From assembly GCA_963848965.1 (NCBI GenBank), contig CAWKFG010000001.1, positions 448,001 through 512,000 of the forward strand: a stretch of DNA of 64,000 bases, written 5' to 3'. The notes beneath the pieces were generated by a model. It searched no databases. It saw only the letters and a list, made by a program, of their open reading frames with translations, and was not told the DNA's origin. This document shows positions 18,510 through 28,703 of the stretch, piece by piece; position 1 is the stretch's first letter; each line of letters begins with the position of its first letter. The stretch is from an uncultured bacterium. GTDB lineage: Bacteria; Babelota; Babeliae; Babelales; Babelaceae. Position numbers and translations under genes: made by a program.

Positions 18510-19325
18510 CTAATTCTTAATAAGCTTTGCTGTTTTTATCCTAAGGAAGTTAAAAAATTTACTGCTTTTTTCAAATGTTCTCATACGATCAAAATAAGGA
18601 ATGACGTTAAAGTAAGGAGTAGTCGGTCGTTGAGAAAAGAGAAATAACGTTATAGTTGAGATTCCTTTGTTATAAAACACTTTTGAAGCGTTATTTTTAA
18701 TTGCACCGTTGAGGATCTGCGGTGGCACTTCTGCATATGCTGAGATTTGGCAAAGATAGTTAAAATATTCTTCATTATTCATAGGACGTGTACCAAGATG
18801 TACAGTGATAAGCCGTTGTAGTTGGTGTGCTGTAGTATGATTTGCTAATGTATAATGTTCTTCTGGTAAGTAGTCAAAATAGTGTCTTTCATAATATCTT
18901 ACTTGGATACATCTTATATGAATAATTTCATAAAGCTGTAATGCTTTTTTAAGACATTCTAGTAGAAACGGTTTCTCAATATCTTTCTGTACTACTACTC
19001 CTTCTATCCATAGTACGATATTGCGTAACTCTTGTAAGTAAGCATTCTTTTTTCTTGTAAAGGTATCTTGCTTTTTTTCATCAAGTGTAAGATTACTTAT
19101 ATATTCAACTCGTTTGACAATAGTTTTCCAAATACGAGAGATTGTTCTCTTAAGGCTATGTATAGTTCTTTCTTGTAGATGACCGTTTACTTCAATAAGT
19201 GATGGATGTGTTATATTATAATTTAATTGTGGAAAGTACAGTTCTGAATCAGACGCTTTTTCCATTGCAACAATGGTAGTGTTAGAAAGTAGTAAAAAAA
19301 TACAAGGAGCTGTAAGTATATTCAT
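18510..19325 (-). CDS. Hypothetical exported protein
   Basis: 271-aa ORF, signal peptide ending IVA-MEK. Confidence 0.7.
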   Translation of the reverse strand: MNILTAPCIFLLLSNTTIVAMEKASDSELYFPQLNYNITHPSLIEVNGHLQERTIHSLKRTISRIWKTIVKRVEYISNLTLDEKKQDTFTRKKNAYLQELRNIVLWIEGVVVQKDIEKPFLLECLKKALQLYEIIHIRCIQVRYYERHYFDYLPEEHYTLANHTTAHQLQRLITVHLGTRPMNNEEYFNYLCQISAYAEVPPQILNGAIKNNASKVFYNKGISTITLFLFSQRPTTPYFNVIPYFDRMRTFEKSSKFFNFLRIKTAKLIKN

Positions 19326-19326
19326 T

Positions 19327-19686
19327 CTAGAGCTCTGTGTATTTAGTGGCTCTTCCCTTGCTTTTTTCTATAGGATACTTTTGAGCATTAAGCATAAGCT
19401 TATTTTCTATTGCTTGAGCAAGATCTATGTTATAACGCATACAGAAGTTAAGTAACAAAATGCCAACATCTGCGAGCTCTTGTTCTACTGCATCTCTTTT
19501 TGTTTGTATAACTTCTTTTGACGCTTCACCTTCTACCCACAGAAAAAGCTCCATAAGCTCACTGGCTTCAACTGCAAGTGACATACTTAAGTTTTTTGGT
19601 GTATGGTACTGTTGCCAATCTCGCTCTTCTACAAACTGTTTAATTTTTTCTTTTATGACTGTAAGTGTGGTTGTAGTATCTGTCAT
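19327..19686 (-). CDS. MazG-like nucleotide pyrophosphohydrolase (dCTP pyrophosphatase-like)
   Basis: ERDWQQYHTPKNL...EASELMELF.W, ELADV, N..KYP. Confidence 0.9.
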   Translation of the reverse strand: MTDTTTTLTVIKEKIKQFVEERDWQQYHTPKNLSMSLAVEASELMELFLWVEGEASKEVIQTKRDAVEQELADVGILLLNFCMRYNIDLAQAIENKLMLNAQKYPIEKSKGRATKYTEL

Positions 19687-19883
19687 AGGTATCTCCATTA
19701 TGAATGAACTCTCTCCACTATAGCACGGCTATTTGTTTCTTGGTAGCAACAAATATGTTTGTTCTTTATTGGAGTAAGCAGAAAATTAGGTTGAGAGTGC
19801 TCATAGAAGAATTTGATCTTAGCCAGCCAATAAAGTGCTAAGACTAAATATGTTTGTTATGAAGAGTGAAGGCAGATACAAAT

Positions 19884-19916
19884 AAAAAAAGCTCAGGAAT
19901 AACCCTGAGCTTTTTT
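19884..19916. terminator. Intrinsic terminator (bidirectional shape)
   Basis: AAAAAAAGCTCAGG-AATAAC-CCTGAGCTTTTTT. Confidence 0.75.
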
Positions 19917-19928
19917 GTTGAGATCTCT

Positions 19929-20228
19929 TTAGAGTCCTAAGCGGAATCCAAAACCAATGAATGGAAGGTTAAGTGATGCACCAAATCCAAAGAGTGGTCT
20001 ACACATTGGTTGGATACAACCACATACCGCTTGTGGTATTGCCATTACAGGCGCTGCTACTGGCATAACGTATGCAGGTTGTGCATAATATGCAGCTCTT
20101 TGACAAGGAACAGCTCTTCTTGTATGGCATTGAACACATTGTTCTCCACGTACTGGTTGCATTGCAACTGCAGGAACTGCTGTAGCAAGGAGCGTATAGG
20201 CAAACATACCTAATAATAGTTTTTTCAT
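19929..20228 (-). CDS. Small exported Cys/Pro-rich protein
   Basis: Signal peptide AVA-MQ, AAGGA RBS, ends GFGFRLGL. Confidence 0.7.
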   Translation of the reverse strand: MKKLLLGMFAYTLLATAVPAVAMQPVRGEQCVQCHTRRAVPCQRAAYYAQPAYVMPVAAPVMAIPQAVCGCIQPMCRPLFGFGASLNLPFIGFGFRLGL

Positions 20229-20277
20229 AAGTAAATTCCTTCGTTAATAAAATCTAAGTATTCTAGAGTTTTTGTTT

Positions 20278-20577
20278 TTAGAAACCAAAATGAAAGTTAA
20301 CACTTGTATACGGACTTACCATTGGATTAAATGGCGCTACCGGTGCGGTAACAGGATATACATTATATACTGGAGCTACATAACCTGGATATACTACAGG
20401 ATATGACACTGGCATCATTGGCCATGAAGCTACAGGATACACAGATGGTGTATAATATACCGATCTACAAATATCATAGCTTCGTCTTGTTCTGTGCCTT
20501 TTTCTGCGCTTTGCAGATGCAGAGTCTGTTACTAAAAGCAGTGCTAATGCTGCTATTGTTAGACATACTTTGTTCAT
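20278..20577 (-). CDS. Small exported Tyr/Pro/Val-rich protein
   Basis: AGGAG RBS before ATG 20577, signal peptide, KRRKRHRTRR basic patch, ends VNFHFGF. Confidence 0.7.
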   Translation of the reverse strand: MNKVCLTIAALALLLVTDSASAKRRKRHRTRRSYDICRSVYYTPSVYPVASWPMMPVSYPVVYPGYVAPVYNVYPVTAPVAPFNPMVSPYTSVNFHFGF

Positions 20578-20803
20578 AAAGCAATCTCCTATTAAGTGAT
20601 TAAAGGACATTATTTTTGTAATTAGTATAATCTAGTTTACCAACAGAAATTTATTTGTCAAAGCTTCTCGTAAATTATGCTATAATGATGCTTTATGTAA
20701 GATAAGCAAATGATTTTACCGGTAAACAGTGACTATACTCATTTGTTTTATTTATAGTATATTGTTATAATGTATAATTATATTTGAAAACAAAATTAGT
20801 AGG

Positions 20804-22324
20804 ATGCTTTATATGGTACGTACAATTAAACAACTTTGTATTTTTATTTTTTTAAGCATGTGTGTAAGCACAGGAATTGAGCTTATGTGCTCAGGTGAAA
20901 AACGGTATAATGAGCAGGACATGAATAAACGAGCTTTAAAAAGCATGAAAGTTGATGATCTGCTAGCCCAGTGTCGTGCAGTAGATAGTGTACAAAAAAG
21001 CAATAGTACACATGAATTATACAATGGTGTTTCTGACTTAGGATCTTTGCCTGTGCAGATGTCTGGTGCTACATTAGCATTATACGAAAAAGTTCCTGTT
21101 AAAACATGTAGACTTTCTGATATATGTTCTCCTGCACCCTGTAGGCCAAGTGCTCTTTTTTATCATAATGAGAATGATCAGATAGTAGTTGGTTATCAGA
21201 ATGGGGTAATAGGTATTTATCAGACAGAACATCAAACAACTAAGCTATTTTTGGGGCACAATGCTCCTTTAAAAGCCTTGTATTGTAGCAAAGATCTTCT
21301 GATTTCTGCTGCACAAGATGGCGAAGTAAAGCTGTGGGATCTTTTTACGCAGTGTTGTGTTGCTACGTTTAAGCAAGAAGGAACCTATCCAACAAAACTC
21401 TATGTTCATGCTTTTAATACAGATGTGCTTGTTATTGGCAATAATGATGGAAGTATATCATTTTACCACATAAAACGACGAGAACTTATTGCTCATTGTG
21501 CTGGACATCAAAGAGCAGTTACATCGATTATAGCTGTATCGCCCCATCTTCTTTTGACTACTTCTTTAGACGGTTCATGTAAAATGTGGAATAGTAAATC
21601 TCAAGGATGTATTTATACGCTTGAGCTTCAAAAACCACTTTATGCTGTTACTACGCATCCAGAAAACAATAAGCAAGTTATACTATGGTTAGACTCTTCC
21701 ATTAGCATGTGCAAAAAGAAATCAGGTAAGCAGAGGGCACTCTGCAAAGAAAGTGGAAACCCATTGACTGTAGTTACTAACCGCAATGGTTATGAATTTG
21801 TAGGCGGATACTTTGATGGAACAATAGGCATATGGAACAATCGTACTGCTCTCTTTCATAAAATTCATGTACATACTTGTCCTATAAGCTATCTTGATGT
21901 TTATAATGATACTATTCTTATTGGGTGTATAGATGGTACGGTAAAGCTCGGTAACCTCACTAAAGAAGGACTTTTCAATACAGTAGCTGTTTTTAACTGT
22001 ATGCAGGTACCTTTTGGCAATCGTCAGGTACATCCGTCACAAAAACCTTTTTTAGAGATGCCAGTTAAGATCCCTCTTGCTATTCTTTCAGCAATAAAAA
22101 AATCTCCAAAGGTTCCTTTATGCCCTCAAAGTGAAGATAGTCTTGCAGTTCGCTATTATAAGCATCATAGAGATAAGATACCTATGTCTCTAAACTCTTC
22201 AGAAATGGTTGATACAGGTAATCTGCACGTGCCACTATCGGGTTCATTGAGCTTACCGGATATTCCGCGCCTATTTCAAGATGAAATTGCTGATATCACT
22301 GCTAAATCCTTCAGAGTCGACTAA
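20804..22324 (+). CDS. WD40 repeat protein, probably exported
   Basis: GH...SAAQDGEVKLWD, GH...SLDGSCKMWN, DGTIGIWN repeats. Confidence 0.85.
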   Translation: MLYMVRTIKQLCIFIFLSMCVSTGIELMCSGEKRYNEQDMNKRALKSMKVDDLLAQCRAVDSVQKSNSTHELYNGVSDLGSLPVQMSGATLALYEKVPVKTCRLSDICSPAPCRPSALFYHNENDQIVVGYQNGVIGIYQTEHQTTKLFLGHNAPLKALYCSKDLLISAAQDGEVKLWDLFTQCCVATFKQEGTYPTKLYVHAFNTDVLVIGNNDGSISFYHIKRRELIAHCAGHQRAVTSIIAVSPHLLLTTSLDGSCKMWNSKSQGCIYTLELQKPLYAVTTHPENNKQVILWLDSSISMCKKKSGKQRALCKESGNPLTVVTNRNGYEFVGGYFDGTIGIWNNRTALFHKIHVHTCPISYLDVYNDTILIGCIDGTVKLGNLTKEGLFNTVAVFNCMQVPFGNRQVHPSQKPFLEMPVKIPLAILSAIKKSPKVPLCPQSEDSLAVRYYKHHRDKIPMSLNSSEMVDTGNLHVPLSGSLSLPDIPRLFQDEIADITAKSFRVD

Positions 22325-22611
22325 AGAAATAAGACTAGGATCGAATTTAAACCAGACGATAGCATCTATGGTAAAGTTATTTCTGTGTAACATCAAGAAG
22401 AGCAAAATCTAAAATGTACAAACCTACTTCGGCTTCTACGGCAGATGATGTATGAGTTTGCTGTTCAAGTAAGTAGGGTATAAGTGCAGGTTTAGGATCT
22501 GTAGATACAAATGATGTAGTTGCTCGTAAAAGAAGGTATGTAAGGATACTTATAGTAACCAATACTCCATATATCTGAAAACGAGCTGTGTTAAATGTTA
22601 TGAAAAGGTCG

Positions 22612-23593
22612 TTAAGAGTATAGAGTTTCGTACTTCTTGGTCCTACGCTTTTTAAGATGTAAACAAGCAAACATCGTTTTTCGCACATGCACGTTTTTTG
22701 CTTGTTCATTAATAGTATTAACATGCTTCATAGCGTCACCTTCATTAACATAATCAACTGCTATAAAATTGGGTGACCTTTTTTCATAGAGTCCAGTATG
22801 ATCGAGCCCTTGAGAAATTTCGTGCATCAATCGGTCTAAATTAACTCCGTTGATAGTGCGATAAGCTCCACCAAGATTGAGCTTGAACGTAGAAAAGTAA
22901 TTAATAAGATAAACATATCTTTTATTGTCTCTCCATTGTTGTGACTCTTTTCTTTCTTTACAAGCATGTTTTGTAAGAGAGTATTCCAAACTGATTTTCA
23001 ACAACATGTTCCCATTCATTAAAAGTCAGATCTGTTTTATCAAGAGAGTTAAAGATTACTACGCGTTTATTTGTCTGTTGCATCCATGCAATTGTTGGCC
23101 ACCCACGTTTTTGCCGCGGATCCCAATGAGCAGGCGAAAGTATAAATGGCTCAATACCTGATGCTTTAAAGGCGTTGTCCAGCAAAGCTTTATTATCTAC
23201 GTAGTTTTCTAAGAAGATAGTGATAATTTCCTGTTTATTCTGTTCAAGAAATTCTTTAATAGTAGCAAGCGATTCTTGTAGGCTCATAGGAGTTTTACCA
23301 CCACGTAAGAAAGCGTTCCATCCCAACCCGCCGTGACATAATACGATATCTGTTTTTGTTTTATTATAATAAGTATCAAGCATAAGACCACGGACACCGT
23401 TTTCTAATTGCTCTTGCATAGTCCAGTACTGTTGCGCGTAAAAAAATCCGTGCTTTTTTGCTGCATACGAGTTATGCGTTGTTAAAAACGTTACTTGATT
23501 ATATTTAAGCTGTGGATCAGGTAAGCGCCAGGGACTTAATGCATAAAGCTGAACGCTTACTGTACCAATGAGTATACTACAAATCCTTTTCAT
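22612..23593 (-). pseudogene. PI-PLC X-domain-like phospholipase/phosphodiesterase, frameshifted near 22965-22980
   Basis: ORF 22958-23593 has THNSYA, QLENGVRGLMLD, LCHG, IFLENY; the continuation in ORF 22612-23019 has LINYF and PNFIAVDYV. Confidence 0.75.
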
Positions 23594-23837
23594 AGAAATC
23601 CCCCCTTTGCTTAATAATATATATCAATTTGTATTTATTTTTCAAGGGTGAGAGAGTAATTTGTGGAAACTTCATAAAAATATTTCTCTTTACAAGCTCT
23701 GCAAGCAATAAGCAGAACAGTTACTATGCTATCTTGGTGAGATGTTCTTTTGTCAGAAGATATAAAATTATTGACAGATATAAATTAAAAGGTCTACGCT
23801 AAAAGAAGAGACAGATTATGCTTGAAGGGGGAACTTT

Positions 23838-24977
23838 ATGAGAACGAGCTATCTTATTCTAGGAATACTGCTGTGTGGATACGATGCAGTATATGCAAAA
23901 GTGCCAGGAGAGCGGAATGAATTAAAGGAATTATCATACCATCAAGGTGAGCTTGTAGATACAATTGTCTGCCATTTTGAAGATAATCCTGCCTGTATTT
24001 ATGAACCAACTCCTACCTATAAAAAGCAGGAAGGAAAAAGTCAGGCAACATTTTTTTTGCCGTTTGCTTATTTAAATACTACACCACAGCGAGTTATTAA
24101 TCAGATTAATGCCGCAGGTAAAGAGGACTACACCATTATACTTGAACCGGTAACAAAGCCAATACGCGGATTACGCTTACGTATTGTCTATAATCCAGGA
24201 AAAATAGGTTGGGAATATGGGCCTTTAGATGTAGATAAGCATAGAGGGCTCATTTTTAAAATTTATAACAAAGATCTGTTACGCACTATTGGAGAAAAAA
24301 CAAGTCCACTAAGATGGTATGCACAAGCAAAGCATCAGCCCCGTATTGTTGTTGACGCAGCCTCCATAAGACAAAATACGGGGCACAAGGATAGTGCAGC
24401 CTCTATGGCTGCACATATAGCTTCTTTTTTACGTTCTCATGGCTGTGAAGTACTGCTGAGCAGTCATACAGACAGGAACGTATCTGCGAGCATACGAGCA
24501 AGTTATGCTAATCTCTCTGCTCGTGCCGATCTTTTGCTTTCTTTATCAACAAGTGCATACAACCATATGGAAGTATTTACGCTTTCTCCTGCTTTATTAA
24601 AAGTACGGCAAAGTACACTTACTGATGAAGAAAAAGCTCGTATTGGTGATATCACAAAGTGGGTTCATGTGCATAGTGCATTGCTTGAAACTGCTCTTGA
24701 TGAAAAATTGCAACCCTTTACAAAAAAGCAGGAGATCCCTTTAGCAAAAGGAGGAACTTACAATCGTTATAGTGAAGTACTTTTAGGAGCAGAAATGCCT
24801 GCGCTTTGTATTGAGTTAGGCACAGGAGAGAGCCCTAAAAGTGAGTACGATTATACTTCACTTGCTCAAGCAATCGGTTCCGGAATACTTCTGTATATTT
24901 CTGAAAAAAAGTTTTTAAAAACACTTTATAAAGACAAAAGATGTGGTAAATTAAAAGTTACCATGAACCAGACTTAA
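23838..24977 (+). CDS. N-acetylmuramoyl-L-alanine amidase (Amidase_3)-like protein, catalytic residues degenerate
   Basis: IVVDA, R..YAN..ADLLLSL, VL.GAEMPALCIELG, LAQAI..GI; Zn-binding His residues absent. Confidence 0.6.
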   Translation: MRTSYLILGILLCGYDAVYAKVPGERNELKELSYHQGELVDTIVCHFEDNPACIYEPTPTYKKQEGKSQATFFLPFAYLNTTPQRVINQINAAGKEDYTIILEPVTKPIRGLRLRIVYNPGKIGWEYGPLDVDKHRGLIFKIYNKDLLRTIGEKTSPLRWYAQAKHQPRIVVDAASIRQNTGHKDSAASMAAHIASFLRSHGCEVLLSSHTDRNVSASIRASYANLSARADLLLSLSTSAYNHMEVFTLSPALLKVRQSTLTDEEKARIGDITKWVHVHSALLETALDEKLQPFTKKQEIPLAKGGTYNRYSEVLLGAEMPALCIELGTGESPKSEYDYTSLAQAIGSGILLYISEKKFLKTLYKDKRCGKLKVTMNQT

Positions 24978-24998
24978 AACTTTTAACCTTATACGACC

Positions 24999-26411
24999 TT
25001 GAGTGTAGCTACCATTTGGCAAGAATTCTTAAAAATTGTAAATGAAGAAGTAGGAAGCCGTGTTGTTGAAACATGGTTTAAAGCTGTTTCTTTATTTCAA
25101 TGGGATGCCTATGGCAAAGTTGTCTATCTTAAGGCTCCTAATGCATTTGTTAAAGATTGGATTCAAGCTAATTACCAAGAGCTTTTGCGAATACACCTCT
25201 GCCGCTTACTCAATGAGCCACATATTACGATTATTTTACTTGATGAAAGCCAAGTGCATCCTGTAGCCCCCTCAAAATCAGAGACATTTCAACCAGCTCG
25301 TATATCTGGCGAAGACCTTTCTAAAAAAACGCTTATAGCTAAATCGTCACTGCCAATAAAACAGAGCGTTAATCATAATTATCAGTTTGAGACGTTTGTT
25401 GTTGGCCCTAATAATTCTCTTGCCTACGCTGCAGCACAAGCGGTTGCAGAAAAGCCAGGAGTACTGTATAATCCGCTCTTTTTGTATGGTTCTTCTGGAC
25501 TGGGTAAAACTCACTTATTGCATGCAGTTGGAAATCACCTTAAAGTACGTAATACTAAGTTACGTATTGTATACCAATCAGCAGATCGATTTGTAAATGA
25601 GTTTATTCATGCAATTCGATTTGATAAAGTAGCTGTTTTTCAACAGAAATATCGAGAACTTGATGTACTGCTTATAGATGATATACAATTTATTTCTCAT
25701 AAAGAGCAAACACAAGAGGCATTCTTTCATATTTTTAATACCCTCTATGAAGCGCGTAAGCAAATAGTATTTTCAAGTGACTCATTACCTGGTGATATTA
25801 AAGGGCTTGCAGAACGGCTGAGGTCCCGTCTTGATGGTGGTATGATTGCAGATATTCAGCCGCCTACAATAGAGACAAAGATTGCAATTTTACAAAAAAA
25901 GGCAGAAGTTCATAAAGAAAAGCTTACTGATGATGTTGCTTATTTTATTGCTTCTCGCGTCTCTTCAAATATTAGAGAGCTCGAAGGGCTTCTTATCCGT
26001 GTTCTTGCATTTGCGACGTTAACTCATCAAACAATCTCTTTAGACCTTGCTCATAAAGTATTAAATCGCTCACAAAGTGAAGTAAAACATGTTGCATTTG
26101 ATCTCTCGCAAATAGCCACATATGTTGCTAAATATTATAGCTATTCTCTTGCAGAGCTCAAATCGAGTAAACGGCATAAAGGACTCGTATCTACACGTCA
26201 TATAGCAATGTATTTTATGAAGCGGCTTACGACACACACGCTTGGTGAAATTGGTACATTCTGGTGTCGCAAAGACCATTCTACTGTTATTCATGCCTTG
26301 GAGAAAATAGAACAACAAAGAGCTGTAGATAAGCAGTTTGATCAAGAACTGCAAAAGTTAGAAACGCTTATTATGCAAAATGCTCGTATAGAGCATACAG
26401 GTACTCCATAA
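24999..26411 (+). CDS. dnaA: Chromosomal replication initiator DnaA
   Basis: YNPLFLYGSSGLGKTHLLHA, LLIDDIQF, TQEAFFHIFN, NIRELEG, KDHSTVIHA. Confidence 0.98.
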   Translation: MSVATIWQEFLKIVNEEVGSRVVETWFKAVSLFQWDAYGKVVYLKAPNAFVKDWIQANYQELLRIHLCRLLNEPHITIILLDESQVHPVAPSKSETFQPARISGEDLSKKTLIAKSSLPIKQSVNHNYQFETFVVGPNNSLAYAAAQAVAEKPGVLYNPLFLYGSSGLGKTHLLHAVGNHLKVRNTKLRIVYQSADRFVNEFIHAIRFDKVAVFQQKYRELDVLLIDDIQFISHKEQTQEAFFHIFNTLYEARKQIVFSSDSLPGDIKGLAERLRSRLDGGMIADIQPPTIETKIAILQKKAEVHKEKLTDDVAYFIASRVSSNIRELEGLLIRVLAFATLTHQTISLDLAHKVLNRSQSEVKHVAFDLSQIATYVAKYYSYSLAELKSSKRHKGLVSTRHIAMYFMKRLTTHTLGEIGTFWCRKDHSTVIHALEKIEQQRAVDKQFDQELQKLETLIMQNARIEHTGTP

Positions 26412-26546
26412 AAGATCGCCAAGGCGTAAAAATACTTCTTCAAGACCTCTCTAGTATTTACTTTTGTTTTTGTTTCTTTATACTGAACAAAGTATATAGT
26501 TATATTTTATGTTTGCATTTGTATTTGTGATAATAAGGGTAATGCA

Positions 26547-28703
26547 ATGTTATTACGTATTTTATTTTGTGCCATTATTTTTTCCGCTTCTTATTCGTTT
26601 AGTATGAAACGAGAAGCACCAGAGAAAGATAAAGGGCCGCAGAAAAAAGAAGCAAAGATTGCTGATGATAATAGAACTCAGTTAACTAACCGATTAATAG
26701 CTGCTGCTGAAATAGGGGATAGAGAGAAAATACAAAAGTGCTTAGAGCAAGGAGTGTCTGTCAATAGTTGTGACTCTGATGGTACTACTGCGCTTATGAG
26801 AGCCGTAGATACTGGTCGTTTGATGGCAATTCAGTTTTTGTGTGAGCATGGAGCTGATGTTAACGTGCAAAATCAAAAGGGATTTACCCCGTTAATCAAT
26901 GCCCTTATGAGAGGAGAGATAGACATAATACACTATTTGCTTGATAAAGGAGCTTGTTGTAATACACAGCGTAAAAAGCGAAAAGAAACTCCGCTTATGA
27001 TAGCTATCGAATTTGATTGTGATGAAAGTATACCACTACTTTTGCGTGCTGGTGCAGATGTTGACGCAAAAGATAAGAATGGTAATACTGCTTTAACGTA
27101 TGCTCTTATGAAAGGAGATGAAGAGACAGTCTCTCTTCTTTTAAAGCATAATACCTATGTTGATGCTCAAACGAATGAAGGAGATACTGCGCTTATGGTA
27201 GCAGCTAAATGTGGTTCTTATGCTTGTGTAAAACTTTTTATTGCAGCTGGTGCTTCAATTAATATGTGTAATAATAAGGGAATGAGTTCACTGATGATTG
27301 CTGCGCAAGAAGGACATAAGAATATAGTTGAGTTGCTTATAAGCCTAGGAGCTGATAGTGAGATATCTGATAATGGAGGGTATACTGCACTCATGATAGC
27401 TGTTACAAATGAACGAGAAGACATTGTACGATTGTTGCTTGCTCATAAGGCACATGTTAATAAAGCATCTTTGTCAGGAGAAACTGCTCTTTATATAGCA
27501 GTAGATCAAGACTATGTACCATTGATTGAACTGCTTATTGCTCATGGAGCACAAGTAAATACTGAAAGTCTGGTATGCAACCCTCTGCTTGCTGCAGTAG
27601 CGCGAGGAAATAAAACAATAGTACAATGTCTTTTAAATGCAGGTGCTGACGTTAATGTGCGCGATGAGCAGGGTAATACAGCATTATTATATGTAGTAAA
27701 GTCTAGCTCTACAGCTATTGCTTTACTTCTTATAGCAGCTCCTGCTATAGATCTTTCTCTTGCAAATAGTAGTGGAATAACCGCTTTTATTTTAGCTGTT
27801 TCTTTAGGCAGAGGTGAAATAGTAAAAGCTCTTCTTGCAAAAGGTGCATGTGATCTTTCTCAAAAAGAAGCACTGGAAACTGCATTTAAACATGCAATAG
27901 CAGGTGGTCATATAGATGTTATAGCACAGCTTATTGCATATGGAGTACCTTATAGTACGCGGGTTAATGATACTGAAGTTATGTATCCCTATAGAAGTGT
28001 TATACAAGAATGTATTGGGCACGCTCTCTTTGCAGATGCTTTTGATACAGAAGAAAAAGTAAGTGAAGAAGTAAAAAAGAACTATAAAGATGTACTGATA
28101 CTTTTAAAGCTTTTTGAACGAGCAGATCTTCAAGATTACCTTAAAGATGTGCAAACATTTAAGGAATCTGCACAGGGGTTTTCATTACTTACAAAGCTTA
28201 AAAGAAGCGATCTTCACCAGACAATGCTTATGTTTGCAGCTTTAGCTGGTCATGCTGAAGTGATTGAAAATCTTTTATCATTAAAATTGCCGTCATATTA
28301 TTGTAATGCACAGGACAAATCTGGCAGAACAGCATTGATGTATGCTCTTCTGTGTAATCATACTGATTGTATAAAAAAGCTTCTTGCATGGCATATACAA
28401 GAGGTAAACCGTATACAAATACAGTACAAAGATGATCCAGAAGCAGAACAAAAAGCTCTTGCTTGTTTAGGTATAAATTTAGCTGATAGAAATGACGATA
28501 CTGCTCTCTGTTATGCTGTAAAAAAGGGAAATCGTACTATAATACGAGATCTGCTTGCTGCTGGAGCACGCCCTACAGTACGCGCAGTAAAGTTAGCGGC
28601 AAATCTGGGTGACGTACACTTGACTATAGAGCTTCTTGCACGTATGAGTGGTTTTGCGCGAAATGCAACTCCCTTTAGCATGTTTCCTGGACTCTTTAAA
28701 TAA
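26547..28703 (+). CDS. Exported ankyrin repeat protein
   Basis: Numerous G.TALM.A repeats; signal peptide ending SFS-M. Confidence 0.93.
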   Translation: MLLRILFCAIIFSASYSFSMKREAPEKDKGPQKKEAKIADDNRTQLTNRLIAAAEIGDREKIQKCLEQGVSVNSCDSDGTTALMRAVDTGRLMAIQFLCEHGADVNVQNQKGFTPLINALMRGEIDIIHYLLDKGACCNTQRKKRKETPLMIAIEFDCDESIPLLLRAGADVDAKDKNGNTALTYALMKGDEETVSLLLKHNTYVDAQTNEGDTALMVAAKCGSYACVKLFIAAGASINMCNNKGMSSLMIAAQEGHKNIVELLISLGADSEISDNGGYTALMIAVTNEREDIVRLLLAHKAHVNKASLSGETALYIAVDQDYVPLIELLIAHGAQVNTESLVCNPLLAAVARGNKTIVQCLLNAGADVNVRDEQGNTALLYVVKSSSTAIALLLIAAPAIDLSLANSSGITAFILAVSLGRGEIVKALLAKGACDLSQKEALETAFKHAIAGGHIDVIAQLIAYGVPYSTRVNDTEVMYPYRSVIQECIGHALFADAFDTEEKVSEEVKKNYKDVLILLKLFERADLQDYLKDVQTFKESAQGFSLLTKLKRSDLHQTMLMFAALAGHAEVIENLLSLKLPSYYCNAQDKSGRTALMYALLCNHTDCIKKLLAWHIQEVNRIQIQYKDDPEAEQKALACLGINLADRNDDTALCYAVKKGNRTIIRDLLAAGARPTVRAVKLAANLGDVHLTIELLARMSGFARNATPFSMFPGLFK

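Noticed and set aside
23594..26546. Possible oriC near dnaA
   Set aside because: Only one weak DnaA-box-like sequence (about 23662) was seen and no cluster of TTATCCACA boxes; GC skew could not be computed.
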